Positions 1-9,506 of a stretch of 46,462 nucleotides of DNA are shown here, in pieces (the first letter of the stretch is position 1; the number at the start of each line of letters is the position of its first letter). Below the pieces are notes generated by a model. That model was not told where the DNA came from. It ran no database searches and saw only the letters and a list, made by a program, of their open reading frames with translations. The stretch is taken from the NCBI GenBank assembly GCA_003452185.1, contig DMJJ01000214.1, positions 1 to 46,462 on the forward strand, in the 5' to 3' direction. The translations under genes and the position numbers were made by a program. The DNA comes from Verrucomicrobiales bacterium (lineage in GTDB: Bacteria; Verrucomicrobiota; Verrucomicrobiia; Limisphaerales; UBA11320).

Positions 1-1
1 C

Positions 2-2554
2 AAGGCGGCGCTCTACAGCCTGGAGCCGGCAGTCCGTCGCCAAGCCCTCCGTCAGCTGGGCACGCGTCGCGTCGCGGAGGCGGCCGCCGAGATCACCGGA
101 AGGCTGGAGGATGAGGAACCCTCGGTCCGGTTCCAGGCCGCCACGGCGCTCGGGAGGATCGGCGACCCGGAGTCGGTGCGCCCCTTGACGGAGGCGCTCC
201 TGCGCGGGGAGAAGGACGATCTGGCGCGGTTCGCCATGTTCACGGCCCTGAACCAGGTGGGACGACAAAACCCCGCCACCTGGCCGGCGATCGTCCAGTC
301 CATGATCGGCCGGGATCCCGAGCACCGGGATCTGGCGCCCCTGGTGCTTCGCGAAACCTACGACCCGGCCCTCGTGACCGCGCTCTCCACCTTCAGCCTC
401 TCACCCGAGGTCAGCCTCCCTCGACGACTCATCGCCATCGGGCTCCTGGCCGACCTGCACCGACAGCTCCCCCCGTGGAAGGGGGAATGGTGGGTGTACC
501 ATCCGGTGAACCAGCCTCCGCCGAAAAAGAGCGTCGATTGGACCGGCACCCAGGAAGTGGCATCGACTCTCCGCCGGCTCCTGGAGTCAGGAACCGGAGA
601 GATCCGGACGGCAGCCATCGAGTGGATCGGCAAGGCCGAGATCACGTCCGCAGCCCAGGATCTCCGCACGCTCTTCGACCGGCACCCCGACGTGGAGACC
701 CACCAGAAGGTCCTTCCGGTCCTGGGCCGCCTGCACGACACGAACTGTGGCCCCATGGTGGTGGCTCTTCTCGACACCCCGGGATCCTCGGGCCCCCTGC
801 TGGAGATTGCGCTGGAGACCGCCGCGGAGGTGGGGAGTCCAACGAACCATCTTACCCCCCTTCTGGCAGCATCGATCGCCGCGCTGAGCACCAACGCCGC
901 GCTCACCCTCCCGCAGGCGGTCAAGTCGCTCGAGGTTCTGGGCCGCCTCCGGGATCCGGCCGCGCTGGGCGCCCTGACCAACCGCCTGCAGGATACGAAC
1001 CTTCCGGTGGCGGTGGCCGCCATCCGCGCCTTGGCCTCAGCGGGAGGCCCGGCCTCGACGCTGCTCCCCGCATTGCAGGACCCGCGCCCGGAGCTGCTCC
1101 ATGCAGCGGTCGCAGCAGTCGGGAGCCTGCGGGGACGCGAGGCCGTCCCGCGGCTGATCGAGCTGGCCGGCAGGACGGAGTTTCGGGAGGAGGCGTTCCG
1201 TGCCCTTGCGGCGATGCCCGATCTCCGCGCCCTTGATCTGTTTGTCGACCACCTGGCGTCGGAGAACTTCTCGCTTCGGGACCTGGCAGCCCAGGCCCTG
1301 GGGAGCCTGCGGAAGGAGGCGCTGCCGAGGCTCGAGCAGCGTGCCTCGACCCTGAAGCCCGAGGTGCTCGCCGCGGTCCAGGCCCTTTACCCCCAGGACG
1401 ACCCGGCGCACAAAGGGCCGCTCTTCGCCAGCCAGGCGGCCGTCCGGCGCCCCGAGGACTACCTGGCCCATGCCCTCGCCCACCCTGGAAGCCCGCTCAA
1501 TGGGCAACGGCTTTTCTTGAATCCCTCCGGCGTGGCCTGCGTCCGCTGCCATCGCTCGCTCGACGCCGGTGGGGATGTCGGTCCCGACCTGGGTGGGATG
1601 GGATCCCAATTCGACCGCCGCACCCTCGCTGAGTCCGTGCTCTGGCCGAGCAAGGTGGTGCGGGAAGGATACCTGCAGACCGTGCTGGAGCTTCGGTCCG
1701 GGGATACCGTGGCGGGGCTCATCAAGGGGGAGTCGGCCGAGTCCCTGACCCTGCGGGATGCGCAGGGCAGGAACCAGACCCTGCCGAAAACCGACATTGT
1801 CAGCCGAAAAACCAGCTCGCTCTCCCTCATGCCCGAGGGGCTCCACGCCGCCCTCTCCCCCGAGGAGTTCACCGACTTGATCGCGTATCTGGAATCGCTG
1901 AAGTCCTCCACCCGGGGGCCGTTCGCAGACCCGCCGAAGGGATTCCTGCCGATCTTCACCGGAACGAACCTCTCCGGATGGAACCCCTCCGGTGGCACAG
2001 CCCCCGGGTGGGAGGCCAAGGGAGGAATCCTCGAGCGGGGGACCACGGAGGAGGATCTCCCGACCGGATCCAGCATCGCCGACTTCCGTCTGCAACTCGA
2101 ATGGCGCTGGGCCGATGCCCCACGGCCTGAGACCTTCGAGCTGGTCGATGGAGACGGGAACCCGGCCAGGGATTCCCAGGGCCGCCCCGCGACCCGCCCC
2201 GCGCTCGGGGCTGGGGAGGGAGGGATCCTTGTTCGCGGGTTCGCGAAAGCCGCCATCGCCCTGAGCTGTCGCCCGGTGGGGAGCGGCGACCTCCCCGGCT
2301 ATCGCACGGACCCGGGTTCCCCGAAGGAGGTGCGCGCGGGGGTCCTCCCCAGACGCCAGGCCGACCGGCCGATCGGGGCTTGGAACCTGATGGAGGTCGT
2401 GGCACGGGGTGACAAGGTGACCATCCTGCTGAACGGCGATGAGGTGGTGCATGAGGCTCCGCTCCCCGGCCTCCCCCCCCGGGGACCGATCGTCCTGCAA
2501 CATGGAACCGGGCGAATTCAGTTCCGGAACCTCTTTGTCCAGCCGCTGGAGTAA
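2..2554 (+). CDS. HEAT-repeat / c-type cytochrome (CxxCH) / DUF1080-like multidomain protein; 5' end lies upstream of the window
   Basis: The frame is open from base 2, with no stop before the GTG at 176 used by the ORF track. It already encodes HEAT/PBS-lyase-type repeats (VRFQAATALGRIGDPESV, then many further repeat units). A CVRCH heme motif follows, then GPDLG...SLMPEGL...DLIAYLESL. The C-terminal FTGTNLSGW...IVLQHGTGRIQFRNLFVQPL is typical of DUF1080 (3-keto-disaccharide hydrolase-like). Confidence 0.85.
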   Translation, partial: KAALYSLEPAVRRQALRQLGTRRVAEAAAEITGRLEDEEPSVRFQAATALGRIGDPESVRPLTEALLRGEKDDLARFAMFTALNQVGRQNPATWPAIVQSMIGRDPEHRDLAPLVLRETYDPALVTALSTFSLSPEVSLPRRLIAIGLLADLHRQLPPWKGEWWVYHPVNQPPPKKSVDWTGTQEVASTLRRLLESGTGEIRTAAIEWIGKAEITSAAQDLRTLFDRHPDVETHQKVLPVLGRLHDTNCGPMVVALLDTPGSSGPLLEIALETAAEVGSPTNHLTPLLAASIAALSTNAALTLPQAVKSLEVLGRLRDPAALGALTNRLQDTNLPVAVAAIRALASAGGPASTLLPALQDPRPELLHAAVAAVGSLRGREAVPRLIELAGRTEFREEAFRALAAMPDLRALDLFVDHLASENFSLRDLAAQALGSLRKEALPRLEQRASTLKPEVLAAVQALYPQDDPAHKGPLFASQAAVRRPEDYLAHALAHPGSPLNGQRLFLNPSGVACVRCHRSLDAGGDVGPDLGGMGSQFDRRTLAESVLWPSKVVREGYLQTVLELRSGDTVAGLIKGESAESLTLRDAQGRNQTLPKTDIVSRKTSSLSLMPEGLHAALSPEEFTDLIAYLESLKSSTRGPFADPPKGFLPIFTGTNLSGWNPSGGTAPGWEAKGGILERGTTEEDLPTGSSIADFRLQLEWRWADAPRPETFELVDGDGNPARDSQGRPATRPALGAGEGGILVRGFAKAAIALSCRPVGSGDLPGYRTDPGSPKEVRAGVLPRRQADRPIGAWNLMEVVARGDKVTILLNGDEVVHEAPLPGLPPRGPIVLQHGTGRIQFRNLFVQPLE

Positions 2555-2660
2555 CCGGCGAGCGCGGGATCGACGGCCGGCTTGGAAGTCGAGGGAACTT
2601 CCCGTTGCCAAGCCATCGGAAGCGGGGTAAACCGCTGCCACGTCCACGATCATCACTCCC

Positions 2661-5600
2661 ATGACTTTCATCAACCCCGTTGGATTCCTCCGCCGCCGTG
2701 TTGCCGGGGGCCTCCTTCGGCCTTCCTGGATCCGGAGCGGGGGGCTTCTCCCGTCGATCGCCGCCCTGGTGGTGCTGATCCTGCGCTCTCCCGGGATCGC
2801 ACCCGCCGCGGAACCGTGGGCCGATGCCCGCCTCCCGGTGACCAACGGCCTTCACCTCTGGATCGATGCCTCACGTCAGAACCCGGCCCGCGGGGAGCGG
2901 GGACTCCCTCCCTTGAGTCCCATCGCGGACACGGCCGACTATCTTCTGGATGGGTCGGGCGGGCGCCGCGACCTGGTGCAACCGCTGGAGGAGCGTCGGC
3001 CCCGGTTCGCCCAGGATTTCAATGGCGCCTTTCTCTCCTTCGATGGGGTGGACGACTTCCTGGCCTCCTCCGCCTCGGGTGCCAGGGCCGCCGAGGTGAC
3101 GCTCTTCCTGGTGACGCGGGTGCGAACTAACGCCGGTCTCTTCCGCGCCTTCTTCTCCGCCAACCGGGCGGGTCGGAATGACTACACGTCGGGGTTCAAT
3201 CTCGATCTCTCATCCGCTGCGACACCCGGGCTCTCGAGGATCAACGCCGAGGGCCCCGGCTTCTCTGGCGAGGCAAACCTCTGCACCACCCCGCTCCCAT
3301 TCCAACGGTGGACGGTCATGACGCTGGTCTGCGCCCCGGGCCCCGGGGGAGTGCGACTCTATCTGGATGGCAAGCCGCAGGGAGCACGGGACCGGGTTGC
3401 AGGAAGTCTCGACCTGGATGAGCTGACGCTTGGAGCCCGACACTATTCCAACGATGCCCACCGGCCCCACGCCCAGAACTTCCTGGCGGGGGATGTCGCT
3501 GAATGCCTTGTGTACGCCGCCCCGGTAGCGGAGCGGGACCGGGAGCGGATCGAGGCGTATCTCGCGACCAAGTATGCCGGGCTCCGGTCTTCCCGCCTCC
3601 CCCCGGGCATGCTCCAGGTCGAGACGCCACCCGCCGCCCAGATCTTCGCCCCGGGGTTTGCCGCCCAGGAGCTGCCGGTCTCCCTCAAGAACATCAACGT
3701 TGTCCGATACCTTCCGAGCGGGGGGCTTGTGGCGGCCGGCTACGACGGGAGCGTCTGGCATCTTACCGACACCGACGGCGACGGGACCGAGGATCGGGCC
3801 ACGCTGTTTTGGAAATCAGACTCGATCAAGAACATCATCGGCATGGCGGTCACTCCCCCCGGGTATCCCAGGGGGGAGGGGGTGTTCGTCACCACGCGAA
3901 ACAAGGTCAGCCTGCTCGTCGACACCAACGGAGATCATGCGGCGGACCAGGAAATCATCGTGGCACAGGGATGGAAGCCCCCCCGGTTTGTCTCGGGAGG
4001 CGTGATCGATGCCCTGGGGATCACCCTGGACCGTGAAGGCAACGTCTACTTCGCCCTGGGGAACAATTTCTTCTGGGAGGCCTACGAGGTGAACAAGGAG
4101 ACCGGCAAGTCCGAGTACGACCTGCGCGGGGAGCGGGGAACCCTCCAGAAGGTGAGCGCCGATTTCACCCGTCGTGAGACCTACTGCACCGGGGTCCGAT
4201 TTGGCGTGGGGCTCGCGATCAACGCGGCGGGCGACCTGTTCGCGACCGATCAGGAGGGGGCCACATGGCTTCCCAACGGAAACCCCCTTGACGAGCTGCT
4301 CGAGATCCGGCCCGGGCGGCACTACGGATTCCCCCCGCGGCACCCGCGCCACCTCCCGGGGGTGATCGACGAGCCGAGCCTTTTCGACTACGGCCCCCAG
4401 CACCAGTCGACCTGCGGCCTCACGTTCAACGAACCGGTGAACGGAGGGAGTCGATTCGGGCCCGCGGCCTGGGCCGGCGATGCCATCGTGAGCGGGTACT
4501 CACGGGGACGCCTTTGGAGGACCCACCTGGCCCCCAGCCCCGAGGGCTACGTCGCCCGCAACCAGGCGCTGGGGATTTTCCAGTCCCTCGTGATCGACGC
4601 GAGCCCAAGCCCCCGCGGCGATCTGATCGTCAGCACCCACAGCGGCCTTCCCGACTGGGGGAGCGGGCCCGAAGGAGTCGGGAAACTCTGGCGGGTCCGC
4701 CAGATCGACCCCAACGCGCCGCAACCCCTCCTCACCTGGACCGCGTCCCCCACGGAACTCCGGGTCGCGTTCGACCGACCGATCGATCCCTCCACGGTAC
4801 GGGACCTCCCCCGGCGGGGGTTGATCATCGCGGGCCGGCATGTCTCCCCCGGGGACCGGTTCGAGACCTTGCGTCCCGGGTATCAGGTGGTCCACGACCA
4901 GATGGCCACCCCCCGCACGCCCGTCGAGATCCTCAGCGCCGGGCTCAGCCCCGACCGACGAACCTTGACCCTGACGACCCCGGCCCGCGAGGCGGCGCAG
5001 TCCTATGCCGTGATCCTCCCCTCACCGGCTCCCAAGCCCTCCCCTCTACCGGGGGGAAAGTGGGTCACACCCGTTCCTGAGATCGATCTGGCGAACGACC
5101 TCTCCGGACTCCTGGTCGAATGGACTCCGGTGGGTGACTCGCCTCGGTGGAATGGGTGGCTGCCCCATCCCGATCTGGCCCTCTCCCGGGATCTGACCCG
5201 GGGGAGCGGGGATCACGACCCCCTCTGGGAGAGCCTGGCCAGGGGAGGTCGAATGACTCTGGCCACGCGGCTTCAGCTGTATGAAATGCTCCAGCCCGCG
5301 GTGCAACCGGGAGCTGTCCTGGATTATGTCCGTCCGGTGGAGCGGGTCACCGTAAGGCTGACCCTTCCGGCGGACGCCCAAGTGGAGGCCCCCGGGGCCA
5401 CGCTGGCGGAGCGCCCGGAGGCAGGGGGGAAGCTCGTCGAACTGACGGTCGATGGGTCCCCGACGAACTGGATCCCACTCCGGATCTCGTTTACCACCGG
5501 CCCGGGAGCGATTCCCGCAACCCGGGTCTCCTGGGCGACATCGGACGACCCCCGGCCGCGGCCCATGCCCCTCCGCCGTTTCCTTCTCCCGTGGGTCCGC

Positions 5601-6887
5601 CCAAGCGAGCCTGCCCCCATCGCGTCACCCGGGGCTTCGCGCGACATCCCGGAGATTGCCGGAGGAAACTGGCTTCACGGCCGACGCCTCTTCACCGGAG
5701 AGAAGGCCGGGTGCGCCAAGTGTCATGTCATCCGGGGCGAAGGGGGCCACATCGGTCCGGATCTTTCCAATCTGGTGCACCGGGATTACGACAGCGTGGT
5801 GAAGGATATCCGGTTTCCGAACGCCACCCTCAACCCGGATCATGTTGCGAGCGTGGTGGACCTGACCGACGGGGAAACCCTCGTTGGGCTCCTGACTGGG
5901 GAAACCCCCGGGTCCATCACGGTGACGGAGTCGACCGGAAAGGTCTCAACGCTCCCCCGGGCCGGCGTGCGTCGGATCACCCCATCCCCCCTCTCCCTCA
6001 TGCCCGAGGGACTCTGGGATGGTCTGTCGGCCGTGGAACGACGGGATCTCCTGACCTTTCTCCTGACCGATCCGGTCCCGGTGGAGGCGAGGCTGCCCGT
6101 GCAGGGCCAGACGGCTCCTTCCCCCCGCAGCCTGCAGCAGCTGGGGAGAGTGCTGGCAGCGGCCCCTGCCCCGACGGCCTCCTCCCCTCCAAGGCCGTTG
6201 CGCCTGGTCTTCTGCGCCTCGCGCAAGGATGGGGGCCACCCGCTCCCCGGGATGCACGACTACCCGGTTTGGCGTGAGAGATGGTCCCGGCTCCTGGCCC
6301 TCGCGGACGGGGTGACCACGGAGGTGGCCGACCAGTGGCCCTCCCCGGCACAATTCGCGACGGCCGACGTCATCCTCTTCTATCACGACAACCCCGCCTG
6401 GGTCGCGGCGAAGGGGCCCGAGCTCGATTCGTTTCTGGCGCGCGGCGGCGGGCTCCTCTTCCTGCACTGGTCGATGAACGGTCAGCAGGAGGTCGATGCC
6501 CTCGCGAAACGGATCTCCAAGGCCTGGAAGAATGGGTTCTCCCGCTTCCGCTTCGGAGGGTTGCCGATGCAGTTTTCGAAGCATGAGATCACGGCCGGAC
6601 TGGAGCAGCTCTCCTGGGTGGACGAGAGCTACTGGAACCTCCCCGGAACGCTCGACGGAGCGACTCTCCTGGCATCCACCGTGGAGGAAGGAGAGGCCCA
6701 ACCCCAGGCCTGGGTCCGGGAGCAGGGACGGGGGCGGGTTTTGGTCTGCATCCCGGGCCACTTCACCTGGACATTCGATGACCCGCTTTACCGAACCTTC
6801 CTACTCCGGGGACTCGCCTGGTCGGCGCATGAGCCGGTGGGACGATTTAACGAGCTGGTCACGGTGGGAGTGGAACTCGTCCCGTGA
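2661..6887 (+). CDS. PVC-type heme-binding CxxCH giant protein: LamG-like + beta-propeller dehydrogenase-like + cytochrome c + ThuA-like domains
   Basis: 1408-aa ORF with an N-terminal hydrophobic segment (LLPSIAALVVLIL). A LamG/concanavalin-like region follows (FAQDFNGAFLSFDGVDDFL...DVAECLVYAAPV). Next is a propeller-like region (GMAVTPPG, GLAINAAGDLFATDQEG, RHYGFP). Then a CAKCH motif with GPDLS...SLMPEGL...DLLTFLLT. The C-terminal ThuA-like domain reads LRLVFCASRKDGGHPLPGMHDYP, DVILFYHDN, GGGLLFLHWS, CIPGHFTW. Confidence 0.85.
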   Translation: MTFINPVGFLRRRVAGGLLRPSWIRSGGLLPSIAALVVLILRSPGIAPAAEPWADARLPVTNGLHLWIDASRQNPARGERGLPPLSPIADTADYLLDGSGGRRDLVQPLEERRPRFAQDFNGAFLSFDGVDDFLASSASGARAAEVTLFLVTRVRTNAGLFRAFFSANRAGRNDYTSGFNLDLSSAATPGLSRINAEGPGFSGEANLCTTPLPFQRWTVMTLVCAPGPGGVRLYLDGKPQGARDRVAGSLDLDELTLGARHYSNDAHRPHAQNFLAGDVAECLVYAAPVAERDRERIEAYLATKYAGLRSSRLPPGMLQVETPPAAQIFAPGFAAQELPVSLKNINVVRYLPSGGLVAAGYDGSVWHLTDTDGDGTEDRATLFWKSDSIKNIIGMAVTPPGYPRGEGVFVTTRNKVSLLVDTNGDHAADQEIIVAQGWKPPRFVSGGVIDALGITLDREGNVYFALGNNFFWEAYEVNKETGKSEYDLRGERGTLQKVSADFTRRETYCTGVRFGVGLAINAAGDLFATDQEGATWLPNGNPLDELLEIRPGRHYGFPPRHPRHLPGVIDEPSLFDYGPQHQSTCGLTFNEPVNGGSRFGPAAWAGDAIVSGYSRGRLWRTHLAPSPEGYVARNQALGIFQSLVIDASPSPRGDLIVSTHSGLPDWGSGPEGVGKLWRVRQIDPNAPQPLLTWTASPTELRVAFDRPIDPSTVRDLPRRGLIIAGRHVSPGDRFETLRPGYQVVHDQMATPRTPVEILSAGLSPDRRTLTLTTPAREAAQSYAVILPSPAPKPSPLPGGKWVTPVPEIDLANDLSGLLVEWTPVGDSPRWNGWLPHPDLALSRDLTRGSGDHDPLWESLARGGRMTLATRLQLYEMLQPAVQPGAVLDYVRPVERVTVRLTLPADAQVEAPGATLAERPEAGGKLVELTVDGSPTNWIPLRISFTTGPGAIPATRVSWATSDDPRPRPMPLRRFLLPWVRPSEPAPIASPGASRDIPEIAGGNWLHGRRLFTGEKAGCAKCHVIRGEGGHIGPDLSNLVHRDYDSVVKDIRFPNATLNPDHVASVVDLTDGETLVGLLTGETPGSITVTESTGKVSTLPRAGVRRITPSPLSLMPEGLWDGLSAVERRDLLTFLLTDPVPVEARLPVQGQTAPSPRSLQQLGRVLAAAPAPTASSPPRPLRLVFCASRKDGGHPLPGMHDYPVWRERWSRLLALADGVTTEVADQWPSPAQFATADVILFYHDNPAWVAAKGPELDSFLARGGGLLFLHWSMNGQQEVDALAKRISKAWKNGFSRFRFGGLPMQFSKHEITAGLEQLSWVDESYWNLPGTLDGATLLASTVEEGEAQPQAWVREQGRGRVLVCIPGHFTWTFDDPLYRTFLLRGLAWSAHEPVGRFNELVTVGVELVP

Positions 6888-7912
6888 TCCCCTCCGGGGG
6901 CGGCTCCCGGTCGGGGCTTGCCCCATGGGCCTGGATCCATTACGCGTCAGAGGTGACTGAGACGTCCCGCAGCCCATCGATCCGGTGTGCCCCCCCCGCC
7001 AGCTTGGCATGGATCTCGGTTTGCCTCGCCCCGTGGCTTCCCGCATGGGCGGCTCCGGGGCTTCCCCCGTCGGTTGTCGCAGGAGCGCAGCTCACCGAGG
7101 TGTATGCCTCACCCCGGCTCCTAATGGGCCCGACCTGGGATCCCAAGGGGGGCCGGCTGTACTTTGTTGCGGCGGGCAGGGAGGGACTCGGGACGCAGCT
7201 GCTGAGGCTTGAGTCCCCCGGAGTCGCAACCGTGTGGCTCGATCAGGCGGAGGGGGCGACCGGGACCTGCGTTTCGAGCGACGGACGCCTGCTCGTTGCA
7301 CAATCAGCCGCCCACCGGGTGGTCTCCTACGCCATCGGTCCCAAGGGACCCCGGCGGAGCCGCATCCTTCTCGAGGAACCCACCCTCAAGCAACCGAACG
7401 ACCTGGTGCAGGCGGCCAACGGGAACATCTACTTCACCGACCCCGATTTTGGCGGGGGGGGAGCGGGTGGCGTGTTCCTGCTCAGGCCCAAGGGGGGGAT
7501 CACGAGGCTGATCAGCGACATGCCCCAGCCAAACGGTCTCGCCCTCTCGCCGGATGGCCGCACGCTCTACGTCAGCGACAGCCAGGAGAAGCTTTGCCGG
7601 TCCTTCCCGATCCTCCCGAACGGGGTCACCGCCCCCGGGGGCCGCTTCTTCTCCCCCGAGCCTGGATCCCCGGGAGAACCGGACGGCATGGGAACGGACG
7701 AACGCGGGAACCTGTACCTGGCCGGCATGGGGGGGGTCTGGGTGGTGACCCCGGCCGGAGAAGCCCTGGGGTTCATCCCCGTGAAGGAATTCTGCACCAG
7801 CCTGACCTTTGGCGGCCCCGATGGGCGGGACCTCTACCTGGCCTGCAACGGCAGGCTTTATACCCTGCGGATGACGGTTCGTGGAGGATTTGCCAACCAG
7901 GGTGTGCGATAG
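6884..7912 (+). CDS. SMP-30/gluconolactonase/LRE-like six-bladed propeller protein, probably secreted
   Basis: Repeated propeller motifs: PNDLVQAANGNIYFTDP, PNGLALSPDGRTLYVSDS, PDGMGTDERGNLYLAG, FGGPDGRDLYLA. Signal-like stretch LAWISVCLAPWLPAWAAP. The GTG at 6884 overlaps the upstream stop (GTGA). An in-frame GTG near 6952 is an alternative start. Confidence 0.8.
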   Translation: MIPSGGGSRSGLAPWAWIHYASEVTETSRSPSIRCAPPASLAWISVCLAPWLPAWAAPGLPPSVVAGAQLTEVYASPRLLMGPTWDPKGGRLYFVAAGREGLGTQLLRLESPGVATVWLDQAEGATGTCVSSDGRLLVAQSAAHRVVSYAIGPKGPRRSRILLEEPTLKQPNDLVQAANGNIYFTDPDFGGGGAGGVFLLRPKGGITRLISDMPQPNGLALSPDGRTLYVSDSQEKLCRSFPILPNGVTAPGGRFFSPEPGSPGEPDGMGTDERGNLYLAGMGGVWVVTPAGEALGFIPVKEFCTSLTFGGPDGRDLYLACNGRLYTLRMTVRGGFANQGVR

Positions 7913-8002
7913 TGGGGCGAGGCCCACCCTGCTCCCGGCGGGGCAGGCCTGGGTCAACTCGGTCCTGAAGGACCGGCCAAAACCGCCGAACAGTAGATCA
8001 AC

Positions 8003-9487
8003 GTGGCAACAGATCCTGCAGCTTCAGGCGCGCCGGGGGCCTTTTCGGAGGCCAAGCGGGCTCTCCTCGCCCGGCGCCTCCAGGGGGCGGCGCGCGGGAA
8101 CGAGTCCCCGTCGACCGGGATCCCACGGCGCGCGAAGGGGACTCTTTCGGCGCCGCTCTCCGCTTCCCAAACACGCCTCTGGCGCCATCACGCGACCCAC
8201 CCCACGTCGATCGTCCACAACGTCCCCATGGGACGGAGGATCGTTGGACCGCTCCGGGCCGACCTGCTCCGGCGGGCATTCGAGGCCGTGATGCAGCGGC
8301 ATGAAATCCTGCGAACCGGTTACCGACTCGAAGCAGGTCAGCCGACGCAGGTGGTGCTCCCGGCCGGGTCAGGGTTCTTTTCTGAAGTCGACCTCCAGCA
8401 CCTGCCCGCGGGGGATCGCGAGGCGGCGTGGCGTGAGGCGGCCCTCCACACGGCCTCAGAACCGTTCGATCTGGCGGCGGGGCGCGTGTTCCGCGTCCGC
8501 CTCTGGAGGCTCTCGCCCGAGGAGCATGTCCTGGTGCTGTGCGAGCACCACATCGCTGCGGATGCGTGGTCGACCTCCATCCTGTTCCGGGAGATCGGGA
8601 TCCTGTACAGGGCGATGCTTTCCGGCCTCCCCTCGGGGCTCGCGGACCTGGCCCTACAGTACGGAGATTTCGCCCTCTGGCAGGCCGGAGAGCTACGCCG
8701 TTCCACCCTCCCCGCACAGCTCGATTACTGGCGGCATCGGCTCGATCCGTTTCCCGCCACCAGCCCCCTGCCGCCGGACCACCCGCGGGGGGATCGCCCA
8801 ACGTTCCGTGGTGCCTACGCCGAGTTCCAGGTGCCGGCAGGTCCCCGGAGCCAGCTGCACCGGATCGCCCACGACCATGGCGCCACCCTCTACATGGTGC
8901 TCCTGGCGGCGTTCACCGCCCTGCTCCACCATCGCTCCCACACCGACGACATCGTGGTGGGGACACCGGTCGCGGGGCGCCCGCGCCCGGAGCTCGAGTC
9001 CTTGATCGGGTTCTTCCTGAACACCCTTGTGATGAGGACCAGCACCTCGGGCAACCCCTCGTTCCTCGAGTTGCTCGATCGTGTGAAGGAGACCGCCATG
9101 GGGGCGTACGCCAACCAGGAGGCTCCGATCGAGCTCGTCCTGGAAGGGGCGAACCGCCCTGGCGGGGGGACCACCCCACCCTTTCCCCACGTGATGCTGG
9201 TGCTGCAAAATGCCCCGATTGAGCCGCTGGACCTTCCCGGCATGGAAATCTCGCTCCTGGAGATCCCGATCGAATCCTCCAAGCACGATCTGACGTTTGG
9301 GATGTGGGAGCGGGGGGCGATCCTCCAAGGATGGATCGAGTACAACACCGACCTGTTCGACGCCTCCACGATGGAGGAGCTGGCCAGCGACTGGAACCAG
9401 CTTCTGGTCCGGGTCGGGAACGATCCGACGCTTCGACTCGACAAGCTCGCCCCCGGCGGAACCCCACGCCTGGCCCGGGCGGGGTGA
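8003..9487 (+). CDS. stand-alone NRPS-type condensation (C) domain protein
   Basis: 494-aa ORF with a GTG start. The N-terminus resembles the start of an NRPS starter module (AKRALLARRLQG...IPRR...LSASQTRLW). The core motif is CEHHIAADAWS, i.e. HHxxxD with A where G is usual. Later C-domain-like stretches include LQYGDFALWQ, PLPPDHPRGDRPTFRG and YANQEAPIE. The ORF stops right after the C domain, and no adenylation or carrier domain follows. Confidence 0.85.
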   Translation: MATDPAASGAPGAFSEAKRALLARRLQGAARGNESPSTGIPRRAKGTLSAPLSASQTRLWRHHATHPTSIVHNVPMGRRIVGPLRADLLRRAFEAVMQRHEILRTGYRLEAGQPTQVVLPAGSGFFSEVDLQHLPAGDREAAWREAALHTASEPFDLAAGRVFRVRLWRLSPEEHVLVLCEHHIAADAWSTSILFREIGILYRAMLSGLPSGLADLALQYGDFALWQAGELRRSTLPAQLDYWRHRLDPFPATSPLPPDHPRGDRPTFRGAYAEFQVPAGPRSQLHRIAHDHGATLYMVLLAAFTALLHHRSHTDDIVVGTPVAGRPRPELESLIGFFLNTLVMRTSTSGNPSFLELLDRVKETAMGAYANQEAPIELVLEGANRPGGGTTPPFPHVMLVLQNAPIEPLDLPGMEISLLEIPIESSKHDLTFGMWERGAILQGWIEYNTDLFDASTMEELASDWNQLLVRVGNDPTLRLDKLAPGGTPRLARAG

Positions 9488-9506
9488 CTCCCGCCCGGGC
9501 TCGGTC

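Noticed and set aside
7454-7461. Recurrent 8-nt G or C homopolymers (7454-7461, 2473-2480, 6990-6997, 21948-21955, 26273-26280, 26434-26441, 42013-42020) as possible phase-variation tracts
   Set aside because: Most lie inside CDSs, where they simply encode Gly/Pro runs (GGGG, PPR, WGG) using the preferred GGG/CCC codons. Their frequency looks compatible with composition. There is no evidence of frameshifted gene halves around them.
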